A stretch of DNA of 64,000 nucleotides from an uncultured virus (IMG/VR IMGVR_UViG_3300020294_000004) (Duplodnaviria > Heunggongvirae > Uroviricota > Caudoviricetes > Crassvirales): IMG/VR virus record IMGVR_UViG_3300020294_000004; one strand, 5' to 3'. Positions 19,642 to 29,513 of this stretch are shown one piece after another. Made by a program: the position numbers and the translations under genes. The notes below the pieces were generated by a model. The model saw nothing but the letters and a program-made list of their open reading frames with translations. It did not search any database and was not told the origin of the DNA. Position 1 is the first letter of the stretch, and the number at the start of each line of letters is the position of its first letter.

Positions 19642-20842
19642 TTAAAATAATAAAATGAATAAATACTTTAATAATAAACCAAAATCACAAACATCATTTC
19701 AAATATATTATTCACCAAAATTTAAAATGTATGACTTTACAGTATTTAACTATAAAAAAGAAGTTATATACCATTATCACTTCTCAAACTTAAAAAATAT
19801 AAATAAATTAATTCAAGAATATAAATAACATGAAAACATTTGACAGATATAAAGTAAACTTAAGAGAACATAATAATAAAATTTATTCTTATGATACTCA
19901 TGTGGCAACCATTCATTATGGTCCTAATATGAAAAAAGATGAGGATGCTTTAATACAACATGGTTGGTGGAGTGTAACAACTCAGAAACATGTTAACTAT
20001 ATTTCTAGAGAATATAATTTACCAATAATTGAAATGGATGAAGGTAAATACGTTGCAGGACATTTAAATATAAAAGCATGAAAGTAGATAATAATAATTA
20101 TGCAAACGGTAAAACCGTGGAAGAAATGCAAGAGCAATTAGATAGATGCTTAGCATATGAAGAAAAATACCAGTCTTGTGTAAGATCAAGATCTTGGATT
20201 AAGTGGTGTACAAGTGAAGACTACAGAAGAAGATCAAGAGATTTTAATAGAGCTATTATAAGATCAATTAAAGCCATGGGTCCAATAGAATATAATAATC
20301 TAATTAATAATAAAGATTATGGAGAGATCTGAAATAAATTGTATTGAAGAGGTCTTGTATTGGCTTCAACATACAACAATGTCAAGAGAACAAATAACAT
20401 TAATATTTAAAGATAAATTAAAAGAAATACAAAATGACAAATAGAAAAAAATTACCGGATAATTGGTGGGATTTAGGTATCAATCCAATAGTAGGATATA
20501 AAATACCTAAACAAACACAGAAATTTCTGTATAGAAAAAATAGTAGTGAATTTCATCCTGATGATGATATAAAATATTGGAAAAATGATGAATGAAGTAG
20601 TATCAAATTGCTGTGGAGCTAGTCCTTATATGGAGATGATAGAATATCAAAGATGTAGCAGATGTAAAGAAAATTGTGAATTTATAACACCTGAATAAAT
20701 ATGAAAACCTTATTACAAAAAACTATAAATAAAGATTATCGAGTATTGTGGAAAGATGGTCCTATAAAAGGTGGATACAGAGATTTTACAACTAAACTGG
20801 ATGCAAATAATTATATAAAAAGACTAAAAGAAAATAAACATA

Positions 20843-21340
20843 ATGACTAAAAAAATAAATTCTTTCACAATTAAAAAAGCTGTGGAAAGTGTTTTTAATA
20901 CTAAGCTTAGTGTTAAAACAAGAAAAAGAGATGTAATATATATGAGGTGCATTTATTATAAACTATGCAGAGATCTCACTTTTGAATCATTAAACTCAAT
21001 AGGTAAACAAGTCAATAAAGATCATGCAACTGTTCTTCATGGCCTTAAAACATTTGATAATATTATTAATGAGTTTTGGGAAAAAGAATATTTTAACGTT
21101 TATAATAATCTAAAAACAAATTTAAAGCAAAGGATTAAAATAAATAAAAAATATCAAGAACCTGAGGGCTTTTATAGAAACAAGTACAAGATTAAATTAT
21201 TACAAAATAAAGAGCTCTACGGTTTTACTAATCAACTTTTAATTAAATTAGATAGTATGGGTCATAAATTTACTAAAATGCTCAGAAATCAGCTTAAAAC
21301 AATAGTTGACGATAAAAACCAAAAATATAATGATAAATAA
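20843..21340 (+). CDS. DnaA C-terminal (domain IV)-like HTH protein
   Basis: KTRKRDVIYMR..YYKLCRDLT..SLNSIGK...KDHATVLHG matches the DnaA domain IV signature. Confidence 0.75.
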   Translation: MTKKINSFTIKKAVESVFNTKLSVKTRKRDVIYMRCIYYKLCRDLTFESLNSIGKQVNKDHATVLHGLKTFDNIINEFWEKEYFNVYNNLKTNLKQRIKINKKYQEPEGFYRNKYKIKLLQNKELYGFTNQLLIKLDSMGHKFTKMLRNQLKTIVDDKNQKYNDK

Positions 21341-21496
21341 AACTATATTAAAAACAGATAAAGGAACATACAAAGGTTATTTATTAGGAGATTTACCTCC
21401 TTCATTCGGTTATCAATTCAAAGAAGAATTAAACGAGAAAAATGAAGTGATACAAATTAAAGGTCTTAATAAATGGTTTAATAGAAAAGGATTAAC

Positions 21497-21781
21497 ATGG
21501 ATAAAAATATAGATCAAAAAGAAATACATACAAGAGCAACAAATAAAGCTCACTCTAAAATATATTTTTTAAAAGAAGATATACAAAGAACAATGCAAGA
21601 AATTGCAAATGGTTCTGATGATGGAAGAATAAGCATAGAACTTTTAGAAAAATCTTTAAACTCATATAAAAGAGATCTTAAAACATGGAAATATATTTTA
21701 AATTTAATTTATAATAATGAGCCAGAATCTGATGAATACGAATTATTAAATCAGCTACAAAGTAAATACGAAAATAAATAG
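21497..21781 (+). CDS. hypothetical protein
   Basis: 94-aa ATG ORF. Confidence 0.55.
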   Translation: MDKNIDQKEIHTRATNKAHSKIYFLKEDIQRTMQEIANGSDDGRISIELLEKSLNSYKRDLKTWKYILNLIYNNEPESDEYELLNQLQSKYENK

Positions 21782-21789
21782 ATAATATA
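21758..21789 (+). promoter_or_regulatory. putative class I promoter of the tRNA
   Basis: caaagTAAATACG-aaaataaata-GATAATATA directly before the tRNA. Confidence 0.7.
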
Positions 21790-21791
21790 AT

Positions 21792-21864
<73 letters not shown>

Positions 21865-21884
21865 CTAATTTTAAATCAAATATA

Positions 21885-22337
21885 ATGGGAACAAGAAGTT
21901 TAACTAGAGTAATACCAAGACAAAAAGGTATATCATTTGCAGAAGGCCATAAGATGGCTAAGAAGGCAATAGTAAATATGTATCAACAATATGATGGTTA
22001 TCCTGAATGGGTAGGCGTTAAGCTTGCTGAGTTCACAGGACCAATAAAAATGGGAAATGGAATATCAGGCCAAGTTAAAATGGGTGAGTTTGCTAATGGT
22101 GCAGGTTGTTTTGCAGCTCAACTAGTAAATAAATTTAAAGATAAAGTTGGTAATTCATATTTATATGAGTGTGATGGTGAGATCGGTGATTATGGTGAAG
22201 AGTATATTTATACTTTATATCCAAAAACAGGTGAAGAAACTTACATCTCTATATATAATGTATGGCAAAAAGAATGTATCTTTGTAGGTACCGCTGATGA
22301 ATTAATTAAAAAATATAAATCAAAAAAGAATGACTAA
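21885..22337 (+). CDS. conserved phage hypothetical protein
   Basis: 150 aa, MGTRS...YQQYDGYP...EYIY. Confidence 0.7.
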   Translation: MGTRSLTRVIPRQKGISFAEGHKMAKKAIVNMYQQYDGYPEWVGVKLAEFTGPIKMGNGISGQVKMGEFANGAGCFAAQLVNKFKDKVGNSYLYECDGEIGDYGEEYIYTLYPKTGEETYISIYNVWQKECIFVGTADELIKKYKSKKND

Positions 22338-22578
22338 CGAAGAGTTAGAAGCTCTAGCTCAAAGGGTTGCTGAAATAGTACTAGATAAATTAGTTAATTA
22401 TTATGACAACCATGAAACTTTAGAAATATACAGACCTTCTGAGAAGGAGGTCTTAGCTTTAGAAATTGATAGATTAAATCGTTTACTCAGTAAGTATGTT
22501 GATAAAGAAGATTATAAAAAAGCAACTATTATTAAAAGAAAATTAGAGATCTTAAATAATAAGTTAGATAGTATATAA
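22330..22578 (+). CDS. UvrB/UvrC (UVR) coiled-coil motif protein
   Basis: C-terminal L...V.KEDYKKA..IKRKL. Confidence 0.5.
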   Translation: MTNEELEALAQRVAEIVLDKLVNYYDNHETLEIYRPSEKEVLALEIDRLNRLLSKYVDKEDYKKATIIKRKLEILNNKLDSI

Positions 22579-22667
22579 AAAATATTATATGTCACAAACT
22601 AAATTATATAAACATTTAATAGGAGTAAATTTATTTAATATAAACGATAAACGTAAAACTAAAAAAA

Positions 22668-22868
22668 ATGTTAGGAAAAAGCAGAAAAGCCGCTCATAAA
22701 GATTATTTATGGGAATCAATATATCAATTAAGATTAGACATAACTAATTATGTTCTTAAATGTAAAGTCAAAAATAAAGATATAAAGATTAAAAAACTAG
22801 AACATAAAGCAGAATTAATACATAAATATTCAAAGAAACTTAAAAAGTTTCATAGTGAATTAAATTAA
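22668..22868 (+). CDS. hypothetical basic protein
   Basis: 66-aa ATG ORF. Confidence 0.5.
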   Translation: MLGKSRKAAHKDYLWESIYQLRLDITNYVLKCKVKNKDIKIKKLEHKAELIHKYSKKLKKFHSELN

Positions 22869-22915
22869 GTGACAATAGGTAATAATAAGTATAAATAGTA
22901 GCAAGCTAGTGTCAC
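22869..22915. promoter_or_regulatory. inverted repeat GTGACA-N35-TGTCAC overlapping the start codon of the HTH gene
   Basis: Shares both half-sites and the AGCTAG flank with 18072-18119. Confidence 0.6.
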
Positions 22916-23523
22916 ATAGAAATATGAAATATTTAATTGATAATAGAGTTATATACAACAGAGATCCTATTAATGATAAACCAACACATGTTTATAATTG
23001 GGGTAAGTATTATCAGAATGGAACTTATGAATGTTATCAGTTATTCAGAAGCAAAGCTAAAATAAATAGTTTTAAATCACTTAAATGGCATTTACTTGTA
23101 TTAAGATATTTAAATCCTGATATGAACAATAATAAGTTTAAAAAAATAGCTGAGCATATAACCAATAAACAAAATAATTTTATTACCTTTAACATTAAAG
23201 AAAAATTTTTACTAGACATGCTTAGTAATTTAGATGTTGTTTTTGATAGACCTCCTAATAATAGAATAAGGAAAGTTATATTTAAACAATCAACAGGACT
23301 TACAACAATACAAAAATTAAAAATTGTAGGTAAATTAGTTGGTAGATCAAAAAGAATAAATGAAAAAGATATATATCAGTGTATGATAAATTTAAATTAT
23401 TTAGGTAAAAAAATTACATGGTCTGAAGTAGCAGGCTTGTTAGATGTATCTAAAAGAACTATATATAGAAATATATGTAAAAAATTAAAGATGGAAAAAT
23501 ATAAATTAAATGAAGAAATATAA
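22909..23523 (+). CDS. HTH DNA-binding protein (regulator or replication-initiator-like)
   Basis: C-terminal HTH ITWSEVAGLLDVSKRTIYRN; GTG start. Confidence 0.65.
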   Translation: MSHRNMKYLIDNRVIYNRDPINDKPTHVYNWGKYYQNGTYECYQLFRSKAKINSFKSLKWHLLVLRYLNPDMNNNKFKKIAEHITNKQNNFITFNIKEKFLLDMLSNLDVVFDRPPNNRIRKVIFKQSTGLTTIQKLKIVGKLVGRSKRINEKDIYQCMINLNYLGKKITWSEVAGLLDVSKRTIYRNICKKLKMEKYKLNEEI

Positions 23524-24262
23524 TATTCAAAATTATATTCGATACAAACAAGATGTTAAGATCAGCCAACCACAAAATAAAAATATACTAGATTATAAAA
23601 GAGAAGAATTAATAATAAAGTTTTTGCCATTAGTAGAAAATATAGCACGCAAGTTTTCTACTTCACAGCAAGCGTCAGGAGTTATGGATATAACAGATTT
23701 TATACAAGAGGGTTCAATTGGGTTAACTAAAGCAGTTGACAAGCTTGATTATACTCTATTAAAAGATTCGAAAGACAAAGAAAAAACTTTAAAATCTTTC
23801 TTTTTTAAAAGAATTAAAGGTAGCATCAGAAGAGCTATCGACACAAACCGAGGAAATATTAGAATACCAGAACATAAAATGAATGAGATAAGAAATAATC
23901 CTCGAGACAAAAAAATGGTTGAGATGTTTTTTAATTCTATATTTTTAAGTATAGATGCTAAAAAACAAACCAACGATGAAGACATGGTTTACCAAATTCC
24001 TGATCAATCAGAGCCTTATAATTTAATTATATTAAATTCATATTTAAAAAGTTTAATGCAAAAACATTTAAATAAAAATGAATATGAAGTTTTACGATTA
24101 TCATATGGCCTTGATTGTGATAAACATTCAGCTAAAGATATAGCAAGCAAAATTAATATTGAAGGAACTAGCGCTTATGTGCGTATTTCTGAGTTAAAAA
24201 AGCAAGCTGTTCAGAAGCTGATAGACAACGTAGATCATTCACAAGTACTTGACTATCTGTAA
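23510..24262 (+). CDS. phage sigma-70 family RNA polymerase sigma factor
   Basis: LPLVENIARKF, DFIQEGSIGLTKAVDK (region 2), IRIPEH, LN..EYEVLRLSYGL...SAKDIA (region 4). Confidence 0.9.
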   Translation: MKKYNIQNYIRYKQDVKISQPQNKNILDYKREELIIKFLPLVENIARKFSTSQQASGVMDITDFIQEGSIGLTKAVDKLDYTLLKDSKDKEKTLKSFFFKRIKGSIRRAIDTNRGNIRIPEHKMNEIRNNPRDKKMVEMFFNSIFLSIDAKKQTNDEDMVYQIPDQSEPYNLIILNSYLKSLMQKHLNKNEYEVLRLSYGLDCDKHSAKDIASKINIEGTSAYVRISELKKQAVQKLIDNVDHSQVLDYL

Positions 24263-24272
24263 GTTACAGATG

Positions 24273-24301
24273 TAAATAGTACATATATTATGTAATTATA
24301 T
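24273..24301 (+). promoter_or_regulatory. putative class II promoter
   Basis: TAAA-tagtacatatattat-GTAATTATAT, immediately after the sigma gene. Confidence 0.55.
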
Positions 24302-24325
24302 TAATAACTAAAACCCTTTAAACCT

Positions 24326-24841
24326 ATGAACATTAACGAAAAGTTAGCAACTATTCAGACTAAATTTAAATCAAAAAAATCAAGATTTAATTCATTCGGC
24401 AAATATTACTTCAGATCAGCCGAAGACATCCTCGAAGCAACTAAACCCTATTTATTAGAATTAGGAGTTACTGTAACATTAAATGAAAATTTAATTGCTA
24501 GTGATCCTATGCCTATTATAGAGAGTAAAGCAACTATTTCTGACGGTAAAGAAACAATTAAAGCAACGGCTTTAGTTGGTGTAGACCTTATGCAAAAAGG
24601 TATGCAAACACCTCAGCAATTTGGTTCTGCTTCTAGCTACGGTAAAAAGTATGCCCTTGGTAATCTATTTTTAATAGATGATACTCAGGATAGTGATGCA
24701 GTAAACGATCACTCTAAAACTATGTCTACCGATCAAATATCTAAAGCAAAACAATTTATTAAAGCTGGCGGAAAAATAGAAGCTATTAAAGCAAAGTATA
24801 ATTTAACAAAACAATTAGAAGAAGAATTAACAACTTTATAA
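24326..24841 (+). CDS. ERF-family ssDNA annealing protein
   Basis: N.FGKY.FRSAEDI...Q..GSASSYGKKYAL..LF.IDD..D.D. Confidence 0.85.
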   Translation: MNINEKLATIQTKFKSKKSRFNSFGKYYFRSAEDILEATKPYLLELGVTVTLNENLIASDPMPIIESKATISDGKETIKATALVGVDLMQKGMQTPQQFGSASSYGKKYALGNLFLIDDTQDSDAVNDHSKTMSTDQISKAKQFIKAGGKIEAIKAKYNLTKQLEEELTTL

Positions 24842-25573
24842 ATGAACGAAAGTGATATTTTAAAAAAGTTAGAAATAGATGAACATTATTATGGGCCATT
24901 TGGTCAGAAATATTTAAGTAATTCAGACATTTCTACTTTATTAAAAAATCCTTTAGCGCTTCATACTCCTTCTATACCTAGACCTGCTTTTTTAATAGGT
25001 GGTTATTTTCATACCGCTATTTTAGAGCCAAACAAACTTAAAAAATTTAAAATAGTTGAGTCTACTACAAGGAATACTAAAGCGTATAAAGAGATCTCTA
25101 ATGGTGAACTTTGTTTATTACAACACGAAGTAGATCAGATAGAGCTAATGGTAAAAATAGTAATGGATAATAAAGTCTGTCAAGATCTTATAAGATCAGG
25201 TAATGTAGAATATGAAAGACCTGGTATAAAAGAAATTGAAGGAGAAATGTGGAAAGGTAAAGCCGATATAGTTAATCATGATGAAAAATTAATAGTAGAT
25301 TTAAAAACTACATCAGATATAGATAAATTTAAATTTTCAGCATCAAGATATAATTATGATAGCCAAGCTTTTATTTATAACAAACTGTTTAATTATGAAA
25401 TGATTTTTATAGTTATAGATAAACTAACACATCAGATTAAAATATGTGAATGCTCTAATGAATTTTATGAAAGAGGTCAACGTAAAGTACAAGATGCAGT
25501 AGCACAATATAAACTATTTTTTAAAACAAAAAACTTTGACCCTAAACAATTTTTTAAAACAGAAATTTTATAA
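24842..25573 (+). CDS. PD-(D/E)XK exonuclease (RecE/ExoVIII-like)
   Basis: LSNSDI, G..FH..ILEP, KGKAD, IVDLKTT, Y..QA..Y. Confidence 0.85.
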   Translation: MNESDILKKLEIDEHYYGPFGQKYLSNSDISTLLKNPLALHTPSIPRPAFLIGGYFHTAILEPNKLKKFKIVESTTRNTKAYKEISNGELCLLQHEVDQIELMVKIVMDNKVCQDLIRSGNVEYERPGIKEIEGEMWKGKADIVNHDEKLIVDLKTTSDIDKFKFSASRYNYDSQAFIYNKLFNYEMIFIVIDKLTHQIKICECSNEFYERGQRKVQDAVAQYKLFFKTKNFDPKQFFKTEIL

Positions 25574-25574
25574 T

Positions 25575-25784
25575 ATGGCACGAGTTAAAAGACGTACAAA
25601 AAAATGTACAATAACAGGTAGGAGATTTCCTGTTGCAGAATTTTATAAAAATCCAAGTACAATAGATGGTTATCACCCTTATTCAAAGGTTGCAGATAAC
25701 TTTAGACGTAGATTAAAAGATACTAATTTAAAAACTAGTGATTTACGTAAAATGTTTAATAATTTAAATTTAAAAATAGCATAA
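25575..25784 (+). CDS. small basic protein
   Basis: ATG at 25575 (MARVKRR) just after the exonuclease stop. Confidence 0.55.
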   Translation: MARVKRRTKKCTITGRRFPVAEFYKNPSTIDGYHPYSKVADNFRRRLKDTNLKTSDLRKMFNNLNLKIA

Positions 25785-26092
25785 TGGCATCAATATTAAA
25801 AACAAGTATTAATTTAAATAATATCCCTAAGGATAAGATTATTGTAGGAGCTAAAGGTAAATATTTACCTATAAGTATTACAATAAATGACGAGATCGAT
25901 CAATTTGGAAACAACGGTCCTGTAATAGTAGAACAAACTAAAGAAGAAAGAGAAGCTAAAGAATCTAAGGTTTATTTAGGTAATGTAAAAGTTGTATGGA
26001 CTAATGGAGATAATGTTAGTGCTGCACCTAAAAATGAACCAGTTAAACCTAAATCTGAACCAGCTCCAGTTGAAGATGATTTACCGTTCTAA
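25784..26092 (+). CDS. putative single-stranded DNA-binding protein
   Basis: Acidic C-terminal tail EDDLPF; position in the recombination/replication module. Confidence 0.65.
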   Translation: MASILKTSINLNNIPKDKIIVGAKGKYLPISITINDEIDQFGNNGPVIVEQTKEEREAKESKVYLGNVKVVWTNGDNVSAAPKNEPVKPKSEPAPVEDDLPF

Positions 26093-26093
26093 T

Positions 26094-26120
26094 TAAATAC
26101 GAAACAAGTACGATAATATA
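26094..26120 (+). promoter_or_regulatory. putative class I promoter
   Basis: TAAATACG-aaacaagtac-GATAATATA, 3 nt before the primase ATG. Confidence 0.7.
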
Positions 26121-26123
26121 TAT

Positions 26124-27836
26124 ATGCAGACAACAGAGATCAATGGATTTTTGATTGATAACTTTAATCAATACAGTCTAGATACAAAGGCCACACAAGG
26201 TATATGCCCGTGGTCTGATGAACATAGAAAACCTGAAAATAGAAAGAAAAAATGTTCTTCTTATGATTGGGAACGTGGTCTTGGTACTTGTCATAACTGC
26301 AATAAAACATATCAATTACATACTTACAAGCGTAAAGGTGATAGTGAAAAAAATTATATTCGTCCAGACTCATTAGAAACTAATAAGCCTGTAGGATCAA
26401 AAATAATTGATTGGTTTAAAAGCAGAGGTATATCTCAGAAAACTCTCAAAGATTTAAATGTCTCTGAGGGTTCTGAGTATATGCCACAAACAAATAAAAA
26501 AGAAAACGCTATTAAATTTAATTATATGATAGGTGGAGAACTTATTAATATAAAATACAGAGATGGTAGAAAAAACTTTAAACTATATAAAGGAGCAGAA
26601 AAAATATTTTATAATATTGATAACATTGTTGGGTATAATGATTGTTATATTGTGGAAGGAGAAATGGACGTTTTATCTTTTTATGAAGCTGGCATACCTA
26701 ACGTGGTTTCTGTACCAAATGGAGCTACTTTAAACTCTAATAATTTAGACTATTTAGATAATTGTATAGATTATTTTGATAACAAAGAAAAAATAATATT
26801 AGCAGTTGACAATGATGAAGCAGGCCAAGCACTACAACAAGAATTAATAAGACGTCTTGGTGCAGAGGTTTGTTATATTATAGATTTTGAAGACTGTAAA
26901 GACGCTAACGAATACTTATTAAAACATGGAAAAGAAAACTTTCTCAGCTGCATTTCAAAGGGAAAACCCGTGCCTTTGGAAAATGTTACAACATTTAAAG
27001 ATATTGAGACAGAGATTACAGACTTTGTACAACATGGTTTTAAACCCGGTTATCAAGTGGGTCTCAAAAACTTTGACAAAATTTTTTCGACTTATACCGG
27101 ACAGTTTATTACTGTTACTGGCATACCTAGCAGTGGTAAGTCTGACTTCGTGGATCAAATGGTGGTCGGATACAACGTAAATTATAAATGGAAAACAGCT
27201 TTTGCATCACCTGAAAATGCACCTACATATTTACATGCACATAAACTTATGCGTAAAGTGTGGCAAGATATGCCTACACCTGGAGATATAAATACAACAC
27301 AGTGGAATAAAGTTGCAGAACATATTAATGATAATTTCTTTTTTATTGATATGGAGCGTTATACTTTAGAATCTGTATTAAAAAAAGGTGCAGAGCTTGT
27401 TAAAAGAAAAGGTATAAAATGTTTAGTTATAGATCCATTTAATAAAATCAGAGATGTTGATTGTAAAACAGAAGATGTTAATCGTTATACTATGGAATAC
27501 CTTACAAAAATTGAGGTATTTGCTAAAAAGTTTGATGTATTAGTTTTTATTGTAGCACATCCTACAAAAATGTATAGAGATAAAGATGGTAAGCTTGAAG
27601 AACCTAATATGTATAATATTAAAGGTGGAGGTGAGTGGTATGATGCTAGTTACCATGGTATATTAGTACACAGAAACTATGAAGAAAAAACAGTTAAAGC
27701 TAAAGTATTAAAAGTTAAATTTCAAAACTTAGGTGAAAATGGTGCTGAAGCACATTTTAAATGGGAACCTAAATCAGGATGTTTTATTCCTCATGAAATT
27801 AATAAAGATGTAATTGATATAATGCCATGGGATTAA
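26124..27836 (+). CDS. primase-helicase (T7 gp4/Twinkle-like)
   Basis: Zn-binding CP...CHNC; TOPRIM EGEMD, DND.AG, KDAN; SF4 helicase G.PSSGKS, VIDP, VAHP. Confidence 0.93.
   Translation: MQTTEINGFLIDNFNQYSLDTKATQGICPWSDEHRKPENRKKKCSSYDWERGLGTCHNCNKTYQLHTYKRKGDSEKNYIRPDSLETNKPVGSKIIDWFKSRGISQKTLKDLNVSEGSEYMPQTNKKENAIKFNYMIGGELINIKYRDGRKNFKLYKGAEKIFYNIDNIVGYNDCYIVEGEMDVLSFYEAGIPNVVSVPNGATLNSNNLDYLDNCIDYFDNKEKIILAVDNDEAGQALQQELIRRLGAEVCYIIDFEDCKDANEYLLKHGKENFLSCISKGKPVPLENVTTFKDIETEITDFVQHGFKPGYQVGLKNFDKIFSTYTGQFITVTGIPSSGKSDFVDQMVVGYNVNYKWKTAFASPENAPTYLHAHKLMRKVWQDMPTPGDINTTQWNKVAEHINDNFFFIDMERYTLESVLKKGAELVKRKGIKCLVIDPFNKIRDVDCKTEDVNRYTMEYLTKIEVFAKKFDVLVFIVAHPTKMYRDKDGKLEEPNMYNIKGGGEWYDASYHGILVHRNYEEKTVKAKVLKVKFQNLGENGAEAHFKWEPKSGCFIPHEINKDVIDIMPWD
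26926..27180 (+). CDS. putative overprinted (+1 frame) small membrane protein within the primase-helicase
   Basis: 84-aa ATG ORF; host gene shows a local C/G-ending codon shift; hydrophobic C-terminal segment. Confidence 0.4.
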   Translation: MEKKTFSAAFQRENPCLWKMLQHLKILRQRLQTLYNMVLNPVIKWVSKTLTKFFRLIPDSLLLLLAYLAVVSLTSWIKWWSDTT

Positions 27837-28099
27837 AAAATAAATATGCTAATCCATTACCACAATATTCAGCAGGTTCTGAAGAAAACAAATGGTATAG
27901 GTATTGTGTTAACAACAATATAAGAATATCACAAAAACCTGTTGATGGTGAAAAAGGAAAATGGTATATTACAGTAAGTTTAGGACCGTATAAAAAAGGT
28001 GAAACATCACACGTTTCTCCATCAATTTATACTCAAGACAATATAATGGAATCTTATTATCAAATGTGTAAATATTATTATGACAAACGTAAAAAATAG
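27827..28099 (+). CDS. hypothetical protein
   Basis: 90-aa ATG ORF. Confidence 0.6.
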   Translation: MGLKNKYANPLPQYSAGSEENKWYRYCVNNNIRISQKPVDGEKGKWYITVSLGPYKKGETSHVSPSIYTQDNIMESYYQMCKYYYDKRKK

Positions 28100-28733
28100 T
28101 TTTTTAAACGCAGACAAAGTTTTTAAATATTTTTACAAAAAAATAATTAAAGACGGTATAAAGTATGGAGATACTAAAGCTTTATTTAATATAGGTTTTT
28201 ATATTAAAAACCCAAGCGATGTTGATATTACTCATGAAGGAAGAAACTGGAATAAAAAATATGCGCAAGCTGAATGGGAGTGGTATTTAACTGAAGATCC
28301 TCATATATCACAACTAGGTGAAATATATGGTAATGTACCACCAATTTGGGAAAAAATGCAAGACTCAGAAGGTAAATGTAGGTCTAATTATGGTTGGCAA
28401 TGGAGTAGAAATTATCAATTAGATCATATTGTAGCTATGTTAAAAAAAGTTAAAGATACAAGGCAAGCTGCTATAAGTATTTATGATGGTAAAGAAATAA
28501 ATACATATACAAAAGATACACCATGTACATATGCTGTACAGTTTAGTATAGTTAATAATAAATTAAACATGGCTGTGTTAATGAGATCTAATGATTTATG
28601 GTATGGATTTTGTAACGATCAGTACTGTTTTTCTATGCTACAAAAGCTTGTATCACAAAGAATAAATGTGCCTATAGGTACATATTATCACTTTGCTCAT
28701 AACTTACATTTATATAATAATAAAATCAAATAA
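28080..28733 (+). CDS. thymidylate synthase-family enzyme, T4 gp42-like dCMP hydroxymethylase/methylase
   Basis: EWEWY, P.IW, SNYGW, catalytic PCT, RSNDLWYGFCND with Asp at the ThyA Asn177-equivalent position. Confidence 0.8.
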   Translation: MTNVKNSFLNADKVFKYFYKKIIKDGIKYGDTKALFNIGFYIKNPSDVDITHEGRNWNKKYAQAEWEWYLTEDPHISQLGEIYGNVPPIWEKMQDSEGKCRSNYGWQWSRNYQLDHIVAMLKKVKDTRQAAISIYDGKEINTYTKDTPCTYAVQFSIVNNKLNMAVLMRSNDLWYGFCNDQYCFSMLQKLVSQRINVPIGTYYHFAHNLHLYNNKIK

Positions 28734-28738
28734 AACTT

Positions 28739-29512
28739 ATGTATTACTTATATCATATACCTGGTAAAAAAATAGGAGTGACACGTAATCTTAATACAAG
28801 AGTTACACTTATACAAGGGTATAAAGAAGGAGAGTATGAAGTTCTAGAAACTAGTGAAGATATAGATTATATATCTGAAAAGGAGATAGAACTTCAAAAG
28901 TCTTATGGCTATAAAGTTGATAGACAACGTTATAATAAATTAATTAATTCTAATAAAATGAAAATAAATATAACAGAGCAAACAACAACATTTCCATGTT
29001 CTCTACAAGATCTACCTGCAATGTTGAATGATGCTAAAGGTACTGAGTGGGATACATCACATGGTACATATATAATTTCAGATGAAACCATGTATTGGAT
29101 TATACAAAATGCTAAAAAATCTATGTATAATGAAGATAGATCTTATATATATAATAAAGCTTACTATGAAGCGTTTTTAACTACAGAAACAAAAGTTAAA
29201 AAATGTAATAAAAAACCTTTAAAAATGTTTCAACAAATTAGAGATTGGGCTGAAGAAAAAGGTATATATGAAAAAGGTAACATACACGTTCAGTATATGA
29301 AATTACAAGAAGAAGCTGGTGAGCTAGCAGAAGCTTTGTTAAAAGATAATCAAGAAGAAATTATAGATGCTATAGGTGATATTGTTGTAGTTTTAACTAA
29401 CTTAGCAAATCAAAGAGGTGTACATATAGAAACTTGTATATCAAGCGCTTACAATGAAATTAAAAACAGAACAGGTAAAATGGTAAACGGAACATTTGTA
29501 AAAGATAAATAA
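28739..29512 (+). CDS. GIY-YIG-like N-terminal domain fused to a MazG-like NTP pyrophosphohydrolase
   Basis: N-terminal YYLYHI..KKIGVT.NL..R; C-terminal KLQEEAGELAEA...DAIGDIVVVL. Confidence 0.75.
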   Translation: MYYLYHIPGKKIGVTRNLNTRVTLIQGYKEGEYEVLETSEDIDYISEKEIELQKSYGYKVDRQRYNKLINSNKMKINITEQTTTFPCSLQDLPAMLNDAKGTEWDTSHGTYIISDETMYWIIQNAKKSMYNEDRSYIYNKAYYEAFLTTETKVKKCNKKPLKMFQQIRDWAEEKGIYEKGNIHVQYMKLQEEAGELAEALLKDNQEEIIDAIGDIVVVLTNLANQRGVHIETCISSAYNEIKNRTGKMVNGTFVKDK

Positions 29513-29513
29513 T

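Larger units (their letters stand above)
18506..20820 (+). other. cluster of tiny, very AT-rich early ORFs (host-takeover region)
   Basis: Head-to-tail ATG ORFs of about 35-85 aa, e.g. 18506-18637, 18639-18806, 18781-18894, 18908-19111, 19161-19358, 19830-20081, 20078-20332, interleaved with class I promoter motifs. Confidence 0.6.
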
